DNA of 42,966 nucleotides from Deltaproteobacteria bacterium TL4. Lineage in GTDB: Bacteria > SAR324 > NAC60-12. A model generated the notes under the pieces. It was not told the DNA's origin and did no database searches. It saw only the letters and a list, made by a program, of their open reading frames with translations. Where the stretch lies: contig JBBCAX010000110.1 in the NCBI GenBank assembly GCA_051382335.1, positions 1-42,966 of the forward strand, given 5' to 3'. The first letter of the stretch is position 1, and each line of letters starts with the position of its first letter. Position numbers and translations under genes: made by a program. Shown piece after piece: positions 20,089-30,196 of this stretch.

Positions 20089-20862
20089 ATGGCGACAGTA
20101 ATTTCTTTGGCAAGTCAAAAAGGAGGAGTTGGGAAAACGACCTCTGCTGTACATTTAGCGACCGCTTTTGCGATTGGAGGGTACAAGGTTTTACTTATCG
20201 ACAGTGATCCTCAAGGCTCCATCTGGGCGACTCTCGGCATCAAGCAAAAAGCACAGCGTGGGCTTTTAGAACTTTATTGCCGCGAAAATTCAACACTGGC
20301 TGATGTTTCTACGCCAAGTGGTTTTGAAAACCTGGATCTGATTCTTTCAAACCTCCAACGACTGACCTTTGAGCAAGAAGTTCGTAAAGTTGCCGCGGAT
20401 TATCAGTATTTGAACCAATGGCTTCAAAAGAACGCACGGGCCGCTTATGACTTCGTGATCATTGATGCACCCGCGTCAACGGGTCCGCTGAGTCTCAATG
20501 CCCTCATTGCCTCTGATTTGATTATTGTCCCGCTACAGTGCGAGGCTTTAGCAGTCAAATCGCTCAAACGTTTTTTAATGGCCTTTAATGATTTGCAAAA
20601 AAACATTGCCCCCGAACTGCGTATCGCTGGAATTCTTTTGACCATGTATGATCGGAACCTGCTGGTACATCGCTTAATCTGCAAACAAGTCTACACCGCA
20701 TTACAAGACTCCGTGTTTCAAACCATCATTCCCAAATGCCCGAAAATCCTGGAAGCGTCAACTGTAGGCTCAGACGTGATCACTCGAAGCCTGAGCTCTG
20801 TGGGAGCAACGGGTTACATTCGACTCGCCAATGAAATGCTTGACCGCTTTAACCTTCGTTAA
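20089..20862 (+). CDS. ParA/Soj-family ATPase (no parB nearby)
   Basis: Deviant Walker A QKGGVGKTT, LIDSDPQG, YDFVIIDAP, VPLQCE, GILLTMYD. RBS GAGGAG. Confidence 0.9.
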   Translation: MATVISLASQKGGVGKTTSAVHLATAFAIGGYKVLLIDSDPQGSIWATLGIKQKAQRGLLELYCRENSTLADVSTPSGFENLDLILSNLQRLTFEQEVRKVAADYQYLNQWLQKNARAAYDFVIIDAPASTGPLSLNALIASDLIIVPLQCEALAVKSLKRFLMAFNDLQKNIAPELRIAGILLTMYDRNLLVHRLICKQVYTALQDSVFQTIIPKCPKILEASTVGSDVITRSLSSVGATGYIRLANEMLDRFNLR

Positions 20863-20930
20863 GAATACCAGCCATCAAAGCGGGGGTTTTGTTTTCCCAG
20901 AAAAAATACAGAGCTACAGGGAATTGATGC

Positions 20931-21404
20931 CTACAGGATTCCAAGGCTTTTTAGTCCCGCTTTGTAGGCTTTTCGTTTGAAAGGGATTACGTTTTTAACG
21001 GCTTTCTTGGGTTTGACCCATTTATACTTATCAAATTCCGCAGGCTGATGATCGAAGTGGATCATATCAATGCCACCACCTCTGAATTCTACCAAAAACC
21101 AGCGTATTTCCTGCCCTTCATAGTCTTTATTAAACTTATCAAGACCTTTTCGCCCGATCTGTTCCCGAACCCATTTGGGGAATGAATATTTGGTGCGATC
21201 CTTTGATATTTTCAATACTTTTACATCATTGGTTCCTGTCTCTTCTTTTAATTCTCTATAAAAAGCGGCTTTTTCTGTTTCTCCCTGATCAACCCCCCCT
21301 TGAGGAAATTGCCAGCCAAATTTTTCAGCACCTTTACGGTGGAATACCAAAACTTTACTCTTTTTTTTATTAACAATCACAGTACAAACATTAGATCGGT
21401 ACAT
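20931..21404 (-). CDS. rppH: RNA pyrophosphohydrolase (RppH/NudH-like Nudix)
   Basis: YRSNV start, WQFPQGG, Nudix box GGVDQGETEKAAFYRELKEETG, GQEIRWF, EFDKYKW, VIPFKRKAY. Confidence 0.85.
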   Translation of the reverse strand: MYRSNVCTVIVNKKKSKVLVFHRKGAEKFGWQFPQGGVDQGETEKAAFYRELKEETGTNDVKVLKISKDRTKYSFPKWVREQIGRKGLDKFNKDYEGQEIRWFLVEFRGGGIDMIHFDHQPAEFDKYKWVKPKKAVKNVIPFKRKAYKAGLKSLGIL

Positions 21405-21860
21405 AGCATTTATTTAATTAGGGGTGGTTAAATCCCCCTTCCGCCCATTCTATCAAAGTATCTTGTGTGTTTTCAAAGATCCTTGAATTGATAATTGAAC
21501 CAGCTTTAGGGTTGTAAGTCATTAAACTAGATGAAACATGCAAACCATGCGTTGAAAGGCGTAGATCCTCCAGGCTGCGCAAGATAGATAAATTGGTAAT
21601 AACTTTTCCCTGGTTTAACAAAATAAATTCCAACACCTAATTTGCATACTCATTTATACTATAGCATTCAAAATCTTTTTGGCTAGACGAATTCGCAATT
21701 AATCTTTAAAAATAGTTTCAAAGCGAGTAGAAGATTCCTTTTATTAGTGCGCCCCCTTCGCTTTAGCGACGTTTCAAGGATACAGCGAGTGGTAGTCTGT
21801 TGAATATTCAGGTATTTAAAACGTTTAATAAGCCCAATTTGGCTCATAGGAGGAATCAAC

Positions 21861-22937
21861 ATGTTAAAAAAGACTCATCGACTCGGCTTTTCCCTGCTAC
21901 TGTTCAGTTGTTTATTGATTTTGAACGCTCAGGGAGGATCTGCGGCAAAATACAGTCCAGAAGAAGAAGAAAACATCAGAATTTACAGGGAAAATAGTTC
22001 CGCTGTCGTCAACATCAGTAGTATTACGCTCAATTATGATTTCTTTTTTAGAGCAAGTCCTGCCGAATCTGGTACGGGAACAGGTTTCATCATTGACAAA
22101 GAAGGTCACATTCTTACGAACTATCATGTGATTGAAAGAGCACAAAAACTGATTGTGACCTTGGATGATAATAGTCAATGGCCTGCAACCATTGTGGGAG
22201 AAGATCCCAATAACGATTTGGCAGTCATCAAAATGGAAGCACCTTCAAAGCAATTTTCAACGCTCTCATTCGCTAACTCTTCAGAAGTGGTGGTGGGTCA
22301 GAAAGTTTTAGCCTTGGGTAATCCTTTTGGCCTCAGGCAAACCTTAACCACAGGAGTCATTAGCGCACTGGGGCGAACTATTGAAGCAAAAAATGGACGA
22401 AAAATTGAAGGCGTGATTCAAACAGATGCAGCGATTAACCCTGGAAACTCAGGAGGGCCTCTTTTGAACCGGGAAGGACAGGTGATTGGGATCAATGCCG
22501 CTATCATCGGCCCGGGAAATTTTGGCATCGGCTTTGCGATTCCAATCAATACCGCAAAAAAAATAGTTCCCGATCTGCTGACCTACGGCTACGTTAGAAG
22601 ACCGTGGCTTGGGATAGAAACCCTCCCCACAACCCATCTCAAAAAGTTAGGACTTGATGTTCCTGAAGGGATGCTGATTATCAAGAAAGTACGGGGCGCA
22701 CCTGCGGATACAGCCTTAATGAGAGGAACTACAAAAAATATTGTAGTAGGCAACTACTTGATTCCGTGGGGGGGCGATATCATCACCCATATTGACAACA
22801 CACCTATTCGAACTTATGAAGAGCTTGCCGCCAAAGTCGAATCCTACGCTCCTGACGATGTGATCACGATCCGAACCATAAGACGGAAACAAGAACAGAT
22901 TTTTAAGATTAAACTGACTCAACGTCCACGTGATTAA
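21861..22937 (+). CDS. HtrA/DegP-family trypsin-like serine protease with one PDZ domain
   Basis: Signal peptide; GTGFII; catalytic TNYHV, DLAV and GNSGGPL; QTDAAINP; C-terminal PDZ (RPWLGI, GDIIT). RBS AGGAGG. Confidence 0.93.
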   Translation: MLKKTHRLGFSLLLFSCLLILNAQGGSAAKYSPEEEENIRIYRENSSAVVNISSITLNYDFFFRASPAESGTGTGFIIDKEGHILTNYHVIERAQKLIVTLDDNSQWPATIVGEDPNNDLAVIKMEAPSKQFSTLSFANSSEVVVGQKVLALGNPFGLRQTLTTGVISALGRTIEAKNGRKIEGVIQTDAAINPGNSGGPLLNREGQVIGINAAIIGPGNFGIGFAIPINTAKKIVPDLLTYGYVRRPWLGIETLPTTHLKKLGLDVPEGMLIIKKVRGAPADTALMRGTTKNIVVGNYLIPWGGDIITHIDNTPIRTYEELAAKVESYAPDDVITIRTIRRKQEQIFKIKLTQRPRD

Positions 22938-22969
22938 GTGTTTTGAGGGGTAAAAAAGGATCAGGATTT

Positions 22970-22994
22970 GCTCTACTTCAGAAAGAAGTAGAGC
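22970..22994. terminator. Hairpin between convergent genes, probable bidirectional terminator
   Basis: GCTCTACTTC-AGAAA-GAAGTAGAGC, a perfect 10-bp stem. Confidence 0.6.
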
Positions 22995-23060
22995 GAAGAA
23001 AAGTTTTAAGCAGCACTAGATAATTTGCAGATTGTGTTATAAATGGAAAAAGAAGCTTCA

Positions 23061-23303
23061 TTAAGAACTTCTTGAGTAGTAATTTCCCACGCGAGCAACT
23101 TCATGTTCACAAGAGCGTAGAAATTGAGCTTTACCGATTTTCGTCCACTTGGATGCACAACTTGGGCAAATGCCATGAGTTTTATCAATCATCATGTCTC
23201 CTTGGCCTATACCGAGCTGTTCGTAAGCAGATGCCTCTTCCATCCATCCAATTGGGGTTTTTACCATGTTGCACCATGCACAGACTGATACTAAATTACT
23301 CAT
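23061..23303 (-). CDS. Small stand-alone 4-Cys (CAWC...HGICPSC) putative metal-binding protein
   Basis: Strong RBS AAAGGAGG. Pattern CAWC..K.....W...THGICPSC. Confidence 0.75.
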   Translation of the reverse strand: MSNLVSVCAWCNMVKTPIGWMEEASAYEQLGIGQGDMMIDKTHGICPSCASKWTKIGKAQFLRSCEHEVARVGNYYSRSS

Positions 23304-23512
23304 AATGACCTCCTTTGGTTTGGGTTTACTCCTCTTATCGGCAAGTGCCCCAAAACCTTGAGAGCTTTGTGAATTAATTCTTAATCTGTTCCGTCCGTGT
23401 CCATGATAGTGGAGAACGCATCACTGAGGAGAGCCTAAAATTATCATCCTTGATCGCAATTTTCATCATCCCGACATTTGCGGTAACCCCTGTTTTAAAA
23501 TAAAGAGGTTTC

Positions 23513-23755
23513 ATGTTAGTTGTCATCATCATCATCTTTGCATTAATGATCCTTATGGGAATAGGCGCAGTCTTGATTTGGAAATCCAAATCCACGGATG
23601 AACGAATGCTGATGCTTGATTCAATTTTCGGCAGTGATTATGAGTGGCAGGACCTTGCGGAAAAGAAAGGTCCCCTAGGAACCTGGGCACGAAAAGTTCT
23701 TGAAAAGCGAAATAACCGGAGAACCAAAGGTCATCCAGACAAAGACGCTGAATGA
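23513..23755 (+). CDS. Small hypothetical membrane-anchored protein
   Basis: RBS AAGAGG, N-terminal hydrophobic helix, then a charged tail. Confidence 0.6.
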   Translation: MLVVIIIIFALMILMGIGAVLIWKSKSTDERMLMLDSIFGSDYEWQDLAEKKGPLGTWARKVLEKRNNRRTKGHPDKDAE

Positions 23756-23777
23756 CATTGAGCGAGAAAGCAAGATT

Positions 23778-24419
23778 CTACAACTCAAGGTCTTCATCAT
23801 CCAGGTTCATCGCCCGATGTAAAGCATCGACAATAAAAAACTCTCGATACTCACTTTCCTCATTTTGTAGAAGCAATTCTTCTAACAACTCCGCTTTTTT
23901 TTCTGGGTCGGCAAATTGTAATTTGCTGTTTTTAATCAAATGAAGTTGAATTCGAAGTTCTCGCCCATAGGGATCATCAATTGGAGGAACATCACCATAT
24001 AAACTGATCACATCGTCGTATTGCGAAAGCGTTTCTGTGTCCAGTTCCTCTTCCTCGATAAAATGCAGGGCTTCATGATCCAGTTGATCCAAGACCAGAT
24101 TAGTAATCATTTCCAATTTATAAAGCGGAGGCAATAAGCCTGTTCTTTTTACATGACGCAAATATTCCATATTGCTCATGATGTTTTGTTTCAATACCGC
24201 ATAAAATTTAGGAAAATCAGGCTTCTTTAAGACCACAGGATCTAGCTTACTCGTAATGATTTCAAACATAATACGATCTTTGGTTTCCCGACTAAGAGTC
24301 AGAGAACATTCCATATCAAAAATCAAATACAGATCATCGTACAAATTTTCTGAAATTTGCTCTAAAATATTTTCTGAAATATGATCTTTGTTCACTTTTA
24401 TCGTATTTAATGATGCCAT
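23778..24419 (-). CDS. Hypothetical acidic helical protein
   Basis: 213-aa ORF with RBS TAAGGA and protein-like composition; no family recognised. Confidence 0.7.
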   Translation of the reverse strand: MASLNTIKVNKDHISENILEQISENLYDDLYLIFDMECSLTLSRETKDRIMFEIITSKLDPVVLKKPDFPKFYAVLKQNIMSNMEYLRHVKRTGLLPPLYKLEMITNLVLDQLDHEALHFIEEEELDTETLSQYDDVISLYGDVPPIDDPYGRELRIQLHLIKNSKLQFADPEKKAELLEELLLQNEESEYREFFIVDALHRAMNLDDEDLEL

Positions 24420-24524
24420 GATTTTCTTCCTTAGGTTTAGATTCTATCTTTCTCTTACCGTATGACTCAACCACTAAGAATGCTCAAGGTCACCCGTATG
24501 CTGATTAGGGCTGTGGCTATACAC

Positions 24525-26120
24525 CTAAAACGAATAAATCAAACGCCCTACGCCGTGAATAATCAGTTCGGGAGAAAGGATGGGAGGAGTATAATCATCA
24601 TAACTAAAAGCACCTCCAGGACGAAAGAGATTAACTTCGACTTCAAGATGCAAATGTTTATCCATATTCCATAAAAACCGATTATCCCACTCTTGTCCAA
24701 TGTGTCGGACTCGATCACCCCGTTCATTGAATACAGAACGGACCCGATTCAGTTCATACAATCCCAATTCATAGTGAAAAAGGGGTTCTTCTGAGGTCAC
24801 ATGATAGCGGATTCCAAAGACAGAGGAGTTGTTGACCGAGTGTCCCAAACCGGTACCACCATCCAGGGTTGTGGATTTCCCATTAAAATAAAAGCGTGTT
24901 CCTTGATAGGTTCCCGGTGTGATTTCATAATAGCCATGGTAACTTTTCAAAAGATTTGCGCCTTCATGACTCGGATCCGCCTGTTCTTTGTCTCCTGAGG
25001 CATACAGACCCATCAAGCCAAAGCGATAGACTTCCGTATGATAACTTACCTCTAACTCAGTAACAAGCCCTGCAATTACTTCATTGGTAGTATATTTATG
25101 CCTATTAAGGGCAGTGTTTTCTCCAAAAAATGCCATTCCAATACTTCCCTTCTCATCCGGCAGCAAGTGTAGACGACGTATTCCCTGGACTGCGGTTCCA
25201 TCCAAACTTAAGAACCAATGGGTTGTTTCCCATTTCAATCTCATACCAAAATACTGCTGTTCAAACGCATCGAACGCCATAATTCGATCCTCACGATCCT
25301 TAGCATAAATATCTTCCCGTACATAGTCCAATTCATAAGGACGAGGTGCCGGTACATTGGTTTTGGCTAAGGGAATGTGCCGTTCTGTGTAAAGAATACG
25401 GAAGATCTCGACATTGAAGACATTAGAGGCGGATCCATCAGCATTCTTATAATCGATAAAGGGATAATCCAAGGAGAGATAATACATCCAATCTCCTGGA
25501 TTAGGGGCTGTCCGTAGGGCGCCTACTTCATAACACCACGTTCCCGCAGTACATTGTTGTGATATTCCAGACAGAATTCCTGAAAATACTTTCCCTTTCC
25601 GATCTCCTATGTTGAGATAGTGTTTTCCAAGTTTAACGACAGATCTGGGATTGGAATTATACTCAAAATAAGCCTGCCGAGCTTGGAGAAATGTTAATTG
25701 AGAATCTGGAGTATCCCGGCTCCCTGCCTCTTGACCTCGAAGATCTGAGTCATTAAAGGGGTCTTGCCTAACTTCCATTTCCAGATTAATCGAAAAAATC
25801 CGATGCATTGCGGAACGAACACGGAAACGTAAGTCATTTTCAAAAATTACTTCATTCGGTGCCGGTTGACCTTGGATTTTTTGATCACGGGTTCCGCTTA
25901 TTTTATAAAAAGCATGGAAACGATAATCGCCTGAAAGTTGAACATTGGGAGAAAAAGTCCAACGATCTTCTTTTTCTTTGATATCTCCACGTTCCAAGGG
26001 AATAAAATTAGTTTGTGCGGCCGTATAAGTGGAGAATAAAAGACCAAAAATCGGAAACATCAGGAAACGAAAAAAGAAGCATTGCCGAGTGGAAAACATG
26101 TTAGATCTAGTATCAGGCAT
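24525..26120 (-). CDS. Putative outer-membrane beta-barrel protein (alginate-export/porin-like)
   Basis: Signal-like N-terminus, alternating amphipathic strands (QARQAYFEY, LYASGD, IGQEWD), and C-terminal GRLIYSF with terminal Phe. Confidence 0.65.
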   Translation of the reverse strand: MPDTRSNMFSTRQCFFFRFLMFPIFGLLFSTYTAAQTNFIPLERGDIKEKEDRWTFSPNVQLSGDYRFHAFYKISGTRDQKIQGQPAPNEVIFENDLRFRVRSAMHRIFSINLEMEVRQDPFNDSDLRGQEAGSRDTPDSQLTFLQARQAYFEYNSNPRSVVKLGKHYLNIGDRKGKVFSGILSGISQQCTAGTWCYEVGALRTAPNPGDWMYYLSLDYPFIDYKNADGSASNVFNVEIFRILYTERHIPLAKTNVPAPRPYELDYVREDIYAKDREDRIMAFDAFEQQYFGMRLKWETTHWFLSLDGTAVQGIRRLHLLPDEKGSIGMAFFGENTALNRHKYTTNEVIAGLVTELEVSYHTEVYRFGLMGLYASGDKEQADPSHEGANLLKSYHGYYEITPGTYQGTRFYFNGKSTTLDGGTGLGHSVNNSSVFGIRYHVTSEEPLFHYELGLYELNRVRSVFNERGDRVRHIGQEWDNRFLWNMDKHLHLEVEVNLFRPGGAFSYDDYTPPILSPELIIHGVGRLIYSF

Positions 26121-26363
26121 GAAAAACCTATGGGGAAATCAAGGAAGTGAGTGTTGGTGAAAAATTAATGAATGTCATCAATAAATGAAATTCTGCCGAA
26201 TGAGAGGTACAAAAATAGTCCGTCATGATCAAGCTTTTTATCTTGAGAGAAATGATTGTCCTTGAGGTTCTCAGCAGCTTAACTTGACTCTTTATGATTA
26301 TCGAGAGATATCTCGTGTCCTTTTTAACCAAATCGAGTTTATACTGGGAAGCAGGTTATCAAC

Positions 26364-28055
26364 ATGACAAGTGTGCTTAAGAAAAAATGGATCCTCTTAC
26401 CACATCCTGAAACACATCGGGTTGAAGCGTTAGGCAATGCGCTGCAACTGCATTCTCTGGTTGCCGCAATTTTGATCCGGCGAGGATACGCTACGCCTGA
26501 AACCGCGCAAGAATTTCTTAAGCCTCAGTTGAAAAATTTACGCGATCCCTACCAAATGCGTCAGATGCTTGAAGCGGCAACAAGCCTCTCAAACTCTGTT
26601 ATCACCGGAAAACGGATTGTGATTCTGGGCGACTATGATGTGGATGGAATTACCGCAACCACCTTGTTGGTAGAGTTTTTAAAAAGCAGTGGTGTTCAAA
26701 GTCTTGACTTTTTTATCCCTAACCGTTTTGAGCATGGATATGGCTTAACTCAAGCGAGTGTTGAGGTTTTGATCCAAATGTCACCAGACCTCGTCATTAC
26801 AGTGGATAATGGAATCACGGCCAAGAAAGAATCCGAGATGCTTCTTCAAAAGGGTATTGAACTTATCATTACCGATCATCATAGCGCGGATCCTTCCGCT
26901 TTGCCTGAAGGCATTGTGGTTAATCCCAATCACCCCCAATGTAATTACGAATTTAAAAAAATATCGGGGTGTGGCGTTGCTTTAAAAATAATTATGGCCA
27001 CCCGAAAAATATTACGGGACAAAGGCTGGTGGAACGCGTCAAGACCAGAACCTAATTTAAAAAGCAGCATGGACTTGGCCGCACTGGGAACTGTCGCCGA
27101 TGTAGTTGACTTGATTGATGAAAACCGCCTCATTGTTCAACAAGGATTGGAGCTCATGAACCGTAGGCCACGGGTTTCCATACAGGCCTTGAAACAGTTA
27201 AAGAAGGTAGAGGTGATTACCGCAACTTCCCTGGGTTTTCAGTTTGCGCCCTTGCTGAATGCTTCAGGCCGTATGAAAGAAGCCTCAAAGGCGGTTTCCT
27301 TCTTGCTCACGACACAGCCCCATATCGCAAGCCAAATGGCGATGGAACTGGATCAGGTGAATCAGGATCGTCGGCAAAAAGAATCGGAAATGACGCTTAT
27401 GGCTTTAAAAATGGCAGACGCGCTTAAAAACAGCAGAAGCTTCGTCTTGACCTCTCCTGATTTTCATGAAGGAATTAATGGAATTGTTGCCGCGCGGTTG
27501 GTGGATCTCTACTATAAACCAACGATTATCCTGTCGCGTAATGGCGATTTTTACAAAGGCTCCGCACGGTCTATTCCAGAACTACATATTAAGGATGCAT
27601 TATCAAAGTGTACTGAACACCTCGAACGTTATGGAGGTCACGCCGGAGCGGCTGGATGCACGATACATCACACTCAGTTAACCCCTTTTGTTCGGCGGTT
27701 TGAAGCCGTTTGTGCTGAAAGTCTTGAGGCTTCTTTGCAACCTCAACTCTTGATAGAAAAAGAACTTTCCTATTCGCAAATTGACGAAAAGCTGGTAACT
27801 CAACTGGAGCAACTTCAACCCTTTGGAGAAGGAAATCAGGCACCGCTCTTTGCGATACCAACTCCTGCGACTCCTTTTCGTGTCTTAAAACAACAACATG
27901 TAAAATGGGAATTAGAAAATGGAGTGGAAATTATAGGCTGGAACCTGGTGGAACGCTTTTCTCAGCAAAAACCCAAGACTTTGGCTGTGCGCTTGGGGAT
28001 GCATGAATTCCGGGGCAGAAAGAACGTACAGTTGATGATTGAAGATTATCAGTAA
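26364..28055 (+). CDS. recJ: Single-stranded-DNA-specific exonuclease RecJ
   Basis: GDYDVDG, PNRFEHGYG, TVDNG, TDHH, GTVAD, GSARS, GGHAGAAG, LQPFGEGN. Confidence 0.95.
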   Translation: MTSVLKKKWILLPHPETHRVEALGNALQLHSLVAAILIRRGYATPETAQEFLKPQLKNLRDPYQMRQMLEAATSLSNSVITGKRIVILGDYDVDGITATTLLVEFLKSSGVQSLDFFIPNRFEHGYGLTQASVEVLIQMSPDLVITVDNGITAKKESEMLLQKGIELIITDHHSADPSALPEGIVVNPNHPQCNYEFKKISGCGVALKIIMATRKILRDKGWWNASRPEPNLKSSMDLAALGTVADVVDLIDENRLIVQQGLELMNRRPRVSIQALKQLKKVEVITATSLGFQFAPLLNASGRMKEASKAVSFLLTTQPHIASQMAMELDQVNQDRRQKESEMTLMALKMADALKNSRSFVLTSPDFHEGINGIVAARLVDLYYKPTIILSRNGDFYKGSARSIPELHIKDALSKCTEHLERYGGHAGAAGCTIHHTQLTPFVRRFEAVCAESLEASLQPQLLIEKELSYSQIDEKLVTQLEQLQPFGEGNQAPLFAIPTPATPFRVLKQQHVKWELENGVEIIGWNLVERFSQQKPKTLAVRLGMHEFRGRKNVQLMIEDYQ

Positions 28056-28115
28056 TGGATCGTTGTTAAGGTTTTAAAAACATATTTCAAGATAACTCAC
28101 ATCGAAGGGACTACT

Positions 28116-29009
28116 ATGAACCGCATTGGTATTGATTTAGGAGGAACTAAAACAGAGATCATCCTTACAGGAAATGATCCCTTGGAAGAAATTGCCCGTA
28201 AAAGAGTTCCCACACAACAAGCAAAAGGGTACGAATTCATCATCCATCAAATTGCTGGTCTGGTTCATGATTTCCAGAAGTTGTGTGAGACGCCAGCAGT
28301 GGTCGGGCTTGGAATTCCGGGGTCTATTTATCCCAAAACAGGTTTGGTACGCAATTCGAATACCCTATGCCTGATCGGTAAGCCTTTAAAACAGGATTTG
28401 GAAAAACTGCTCCACAGCAGCATCAGCATTGAGAATGACGCCAATTGTTTTGCTTTAAGTGAGGCTTTGTTGGGAGCAGGCAAGGGACATCCATTGGTTG
28501 CCGGTGTTATTCTGGGAACAGGACTGGGAGGCGGACTTGTCTATAAACAGGAGTTATGGTCTGGCCTCCAGGGAATCGCGGCAGAATGGGGTCATTCTTC
28601 TATTGATCTGAAGGGTCCGGTATGTTGGTGCGGACAGCAGGGATGTTTGGAATCGTATATCTCTGGTACGGGAATCATGAGACATGCCCGGTCCAAAGGC
28701 GGAGTCTATGGGTCTGTTCAAGAATTATATCGTGCGTATGAGTCAAACCAGGATCCCTTGGCTCAGGAAATCATTCAAGACATCATGGTGTACTTCGGAA
28801 GATCCATCGCCAATTTAATTGTAACCTTTGACCCTAGTATTATTGTGTTGGGAGGCGGGGTGTCCAATCTGCCCGTATTATACACGGAAGGCGTCCTGCA
28901 AGTGACCAAATGCATCTTCAATCAAGAATTGGAAACTCCCATTGTTCAAAACCAACTCGGCGATTCCAGTGGCGTTTATGGTGCCGCTTTAATCGCAGGC
29001 CGTGATTAG
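28116..29009 (+). CDS. ROK-family sugar kinase (Mak/fructokinase-like)
   Basis: GIDLGGTK, ENDANCFALSEA, GTGLGGG, EWGH, CWCGQQGCLE zinc motif. Confidence 0.9.
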   Translation: MNRIGIDLGGTKTEIILTGNDPLEEIARKRVPTQQAKGYEFIIHQIAGLVHDFQKLCETPAVVGLGIPGSIYPKTGLVRNSNTLCLIGKPLKQDLEKLLHSSISIENDANCFALSEALLGAGKGHPLVAGVILGTGLGGGLVYKQELWSGLQGIAAEWGHSSIDLKGPVCWCGQQGCLESYISGTGIMRHARSKGGVYGSVQELYRAYESNQDPLAQEIIQDIMVYFGRSIANLIVTFDPSIIVLGGGVSNLPVLYTEGVLQVTKCIFNQELETPIVQNQLGDSSGVYGAALIAGRD

Positions 29010-29022
29010 TTCGGGAAATTTC

Positions 29023-30036
29023 ATGTTTTATGCCTCTTTTTCCAATCTGAAAGTGAAGCGTTCAGTGTCAAATTTTCATAGACGGGTCATCCTGATTATC
29101 GGAATGGTTCTCTGGATACCCTCCACAGCATGGTCAGTCAGTACGGCAGGTTGTATTTTCGCGGGAATTGGAGAACTCGCTGTTCCTGGACTGGGCTATG
29201 CCGTTTTGGGAAACTGGGACAAAGCGATAACGTTAGGAGGATTGCGGTGGGCTGCTTATAACAAGGCCATCGCATTCACAGAAAGTAAGAATTATGAAGA
29301 GGACCCAAAAAAAATATACCTGACCCAGGAAGCTCAGGATGGAGGAACCACCACGGATGTGTTCATGTCCAGAGAGACATTTTATGGTGACGTGTATACC
29401 TCTATTTATGGAAATCTGCTCTTTATCACCTTTTATGATTTGTATGATGAAGGGTGTGAATCAAATCCAGACATTTACCTTGAAATGCTTGCGCCTTTTA
29501 AGTTTTGGCATTGGGGAGGGAGTTTGAAATTTTGGATTCCAACCTTATTGGTCGCGCAATCTTCTGGCGAAAAGGTCACCTATCATGTGGATGAAGATCT
29601 GACTCAAGAGGAAATGCTGCGCTGGTCCTTTGTTCAATATCAGCTTGTGGGTATCGGAGAAGAAATGCTTTTTCGAGGATTCATTCAAAATTATCTGTTT
29701 GAATTTTTTTCAGGAGGGCTGAGCAAACCGGTTGCCCGTTGGAGTAGTATTCTTCTGGGAAGCGCCCTCTTTGGTGTTGCTCATAATGGCGCGGGTTTTT
29801 CCGCAACCCCCCAAGCGGCTTTTGCGATGGGAGTCGTTCTCGGCTGGATCTATCACCCCGCGGAAGGAGACTTTGATTTGGATACCGCCATTGCCGTTCA
29901 TTCCTGGTGGGATACGATCATTGCCTACCGCATGTTAACAGATTCAACCTTTGTCAGTCGAACAGAAGGCGAAAACGCCGAAAATTACCAAGCCTCTGCT
30001 TATATTCCCCTATTTTATTATGCCACTCAATTTTAG
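29023..30036 (+). CDS. CPBP (CAAX/Abi) family intramembrane metalloprotease
   Basis: GEEMLFRG (EExxxR), FGVAH (FxxxH), AIAVHSWWD (HxxxB). Start uncertain: GTG 29002 or ATG 29023. Confidence 0.8.
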   Translation: MFYASFSNLKVKRSVSNFHRRVILIIGMVLWIPSTAWSVSTAGCIFAGIGELAVPGLGYAVLGNWDKAITLGGLRWAAYNKAIAFTESKNYEEDPKKIYLTQEAQDGGTTTDVFMSRETFYGDVYTSIYGNLLFITFYDLYDEGCESNPDIYLEMLAPFKFWHWGGSLKFWIPTLLVAQSSGEKVTYHVDEDLTQEEMLRWSFVQYQLVGIGEEMLFRGFIQNYLFEFFSGGLSKPVARWSSILLGSALFGVAHNGAGFSATPQAAFAMGVVLGWIYHPAEGDFDLDTAIAVHSWWDTIIAYRMLTDSTFVSRTEGENAENYQASAYIPLFYYATQF

Positions 30037-30196
30037 ATTTCAAACGGAACCTGTTGACAACCTTTCAAAAAGTTCACTCGCGTCTGATAAAAGGTTGAGC
30101 AAAAAACTTGAGTTTGCAACTTACTTTCGTGTACTCAGTAGGACAGAGAGGTCATGTTTATTTGAATCAAAAGGATCCATGTTATTTTCAGAGTAG

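Noticed and set aside
21418..21636. 72-aa ORF upstream of rppH
   Set aside because: Non-ATG start, no clear RBS, no motif; it lies in a divergent promoter region.
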